Notes under the pieces: model-generated
Databases searched by the model: none
What the model was told of the DNA's origin: nothing
What the model saw: the letters and a program-made list of their open reading frames with translations, nothing else
In this document: positions 62,596 through 64,000 of the stretch, piece by piece
Numbering within the stretch: position 1 is the first letter of the stretch
Layout of the letters: each line of letters begins with the position of its first letter
Made by a program: the position numbers and the translations under genes
DNA from: Acidimicrobiales bacterium
Lineage (GTDB): Bacteria > Actinomycetota > Acidimicrobiia > Acidimicrobiales > JACDCH01
Length of the DNA: 64,000 nt
NCBI GenBank assembly: GCA_036493595.1
Contig: DASXPN010000106.1
Coordinates: 11,662-75,661 of the forward strand
Direction: 5' to 3'

Positions 62596-64000
62596 CGGCA
62601 CGTCGAGGACGTCGACGGCGGCGAGCTGGCAGGCGGCGCGGTGCGCGAGCGCGACGAGGGTGAGCGTCGGGTTGTAACCGGCCGAGGTCACGAACACCGA
62701 CGAGTCGGCGCAGATCATGTTCTCGACGTCGTGGAAGCGACTCGCGCTGTCGACGACAGACGTCCGTGGATCGTCACCCATGCGGCACGTACCCATCACA
62801 TGTCGCGACGCCGGTGCGATGCCGAGAGGGCTGATGTCGTGCAGGTCGAGGTCACCTTGCGGAGGTGACGTCGTGGAGAACGCGAACTCGGCGCCCGCGT
62901 CCTGCATCACGGCTTCGAGCAGGGGCGCGTAGTGGTCGGACGCGACCAGTTCGTGCGCGTGGGGCCTGTAGGTGACGCGACCGGCGGCGAAGCCCCACGC
63001 ATCGACGATCGAAGGATCGAGGTCGACGCGGTTCGATGGTTGCGGGAGGTCCTCCGCTTGCATCGTGAACGCGAACAGACGATCACGGATGGCGGAGTCA
63101 CGCATGGAGACGTTGTGCTGCGGACCGGACGGGTACGTCATCGATTCCATCAGCGGCGTGCCGCCGCCACCGTGTTCGACCGTGCCACCGCGGATCCATG
63201 GCAGTCCGGCGGCGTGGGCGGCGGCGAGGGCGTGCTCGTCCGGAACCATGAAGTCGTCGTGCAGATGGGTCACGCTGCGGCCGCGCTCACCGTGCAGCGA
63301 GAACGGGAAGATGCCGACCGTGAAGGTCTGGAAGTGGTACATGAGGTTGCGGCCGACGAGGTTCGACGAGTTGCCCACCTCCGACCGCAACAACAACCGC
63401 GGCGTCTCGAACGCACCCGCCGCCAGCACGACGTGCGCGGCGCGCACCTCGCGCAGCGCGTTGCGGGCGGCGACGTCGAGATAGCGCACACCGGTCGCTC
63501 GCCGCCGGCCGCCGTCGAGCATGATCTCGGTCACGTACGCGTCGGGTCGCACCTCGCATCTACCGGTGCGCAAGGCTCGTCGCAACGACGAGATCGGATC
63601 GCCCTTCGCATGGATGGGGCAACCGAAGCCGCCGCAGTAACCGCAGTTGTTGCAGGCGGGCCGGTCGTCGTACGGGACCGAGTTCACACCAGTCGGCGCG
63701 CGATACGGATGCAATCCACGCGCCGCCGCCGCTTCCGACGTGAGGATGGCGCCGAACATGTCCGGCCCGGGCGGCATCGGGTACGGGCCGCTGCGCCACG
63801 CCGCGAAGGGGTTGGCGTCCGCGTCGCCGGCCACCCCGATCAGCCGCTCGACGATCGCGTAGTGCGGCTCGAGATCGTCGTACTGCACGGGCCAGTCCGC
63901 GACCGCGGCGCCGTCGATGCCGCCGCGAAAGGAGAGAAGGTGGAAGTCCTCCTCGCGGAGGCGGGGAAGCTTCCCGTCCGCGTGGAAGCCACCACCACCC
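62569..64000 (-). CDS. GMC family oxidoreductase (5' end outside the window)
   Basis: Frame is open to the window edge; DWPVQYDDLEPHY, CNNCGYC..FGC, VLAAGAFETPRLLL, HVMGTCRMG.DP..SVVD, NPTLT. Confidence 0.92.
   Translation of the reverse strand, partial: GGGGFHADGKLPRLREEDFHLLSFRGGIDGAAVADWPVQYDDLEPHYAIVERLIGVAGDADANPFAAWRSGPYPMPPGPDMFGAILTSEAAAARGLHPYRAPTGVNSVPYDDRPACNNCGYCGGFGCPIHAKGDPISSLRRALRTGRCEVRPDAYVTEIMLDGGRRRATGVRYLDVAARNALREVRAAHVVLAAGAFETPRLLLRSEVGNSSNLVGRNLMYHFQTFTVGIFPFSLHGERGRSVTHLHDDFMVPDEHALAAAHAAGLPWIRGGTVEHGGGGTPLMESMTYPSGPQHNVSMRDSAIRDRLFAFTMQAEDLPQPSNRVDLDPSIVDAWGFAAGRVTYRPHAHELVASDHYAPLLEAVMQDAGAEFAFSTTSPPQGDLDLHDISPLGIAPASRHVMGTCRMGDDPRTSVVDSASRFHDVENMICADSSVFVTSAGYNPTLTLVALAHRAACQLAAVDVLDVPNSGSIAGP

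Noticed and set aside
145-63862. Numerous long antisense or alternate-frame ORFs (e.g. 145-1404, 4678-6057, 39027-40997, 41031-42881, 55166-57934, 59306-60676)
   Set aside because: They are shadow ORFs typical of high-GC DNA, lie opposite motif-bearing genes, and have Arg/Ala/Pro-rich composition with no recognisable domains.
9061-64000. KstR/KstR2 boxes or a canonical cholesterol cluster
   Set aside because: No TnnAACnnGTTnnA or AnCAAGnnCTTGnT sites were seen in the intergenic gaps, and no ring-degradation genes (kstD, hsa, ipdAB) are present.
1-64000. Prophage, integrative element, defence system or biosynthetic gene cluster
   Set aside because: There are no integrase, phage, nuclease/toxin, PKS or NRPS genes and no visible GC or codon discontinuity; the enzyme set is catabolic.

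Overview
High-GC (about 70% by eye), gene-dense actinobacterial DNA, probably Acidimicrobiia-like (inferred from gene style, not determined). It carries about 64 CDS and no recognisable rRNA, tRNA, CRISPR-cas, transposase or phage genes. From about 9 kb onward it is a lipid/steroid-like catabolic region: 5 acyl-CoA dehydrogenases (a fused two-domain ACAD and an adjacent alpha/beta pair), 4 acyl-CoA ligases, 7 SDRs, 2 cytochromes P450 plus a ferredoxin, 2 crotonases, 2 thiolase-fold proteins, 2 DUF35 OB-fold proteins, MaoC, 3 amidohydrolases, a LIV-type ABC importer and 2 TetR regulators. The strongest unannotated signals are non-coding. (1) A palindromic operator, TGAC-N6-GTCA (consensus about CCTGACAnnnnTGTCAGG), occurs at 14 sites, all at or near gene starts or ends and including most divergent promoters, which suggests an uncharacterised regulon. 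(2) A 48-bp hairpin repeat occurs in five copies with a strict orientation bias and stem covariation; one copy supplies a gene's stop codon. (3) A triple 71-72-bp tandem repeat supplies the RBS and start codon of an amidohydrolase and creates a coupled 24-aa upstream ORF. Many genes appear leaderless (-10 hexamer 6-9 nt before the start codon). Start codons were assigned by eye and no database searches were run.
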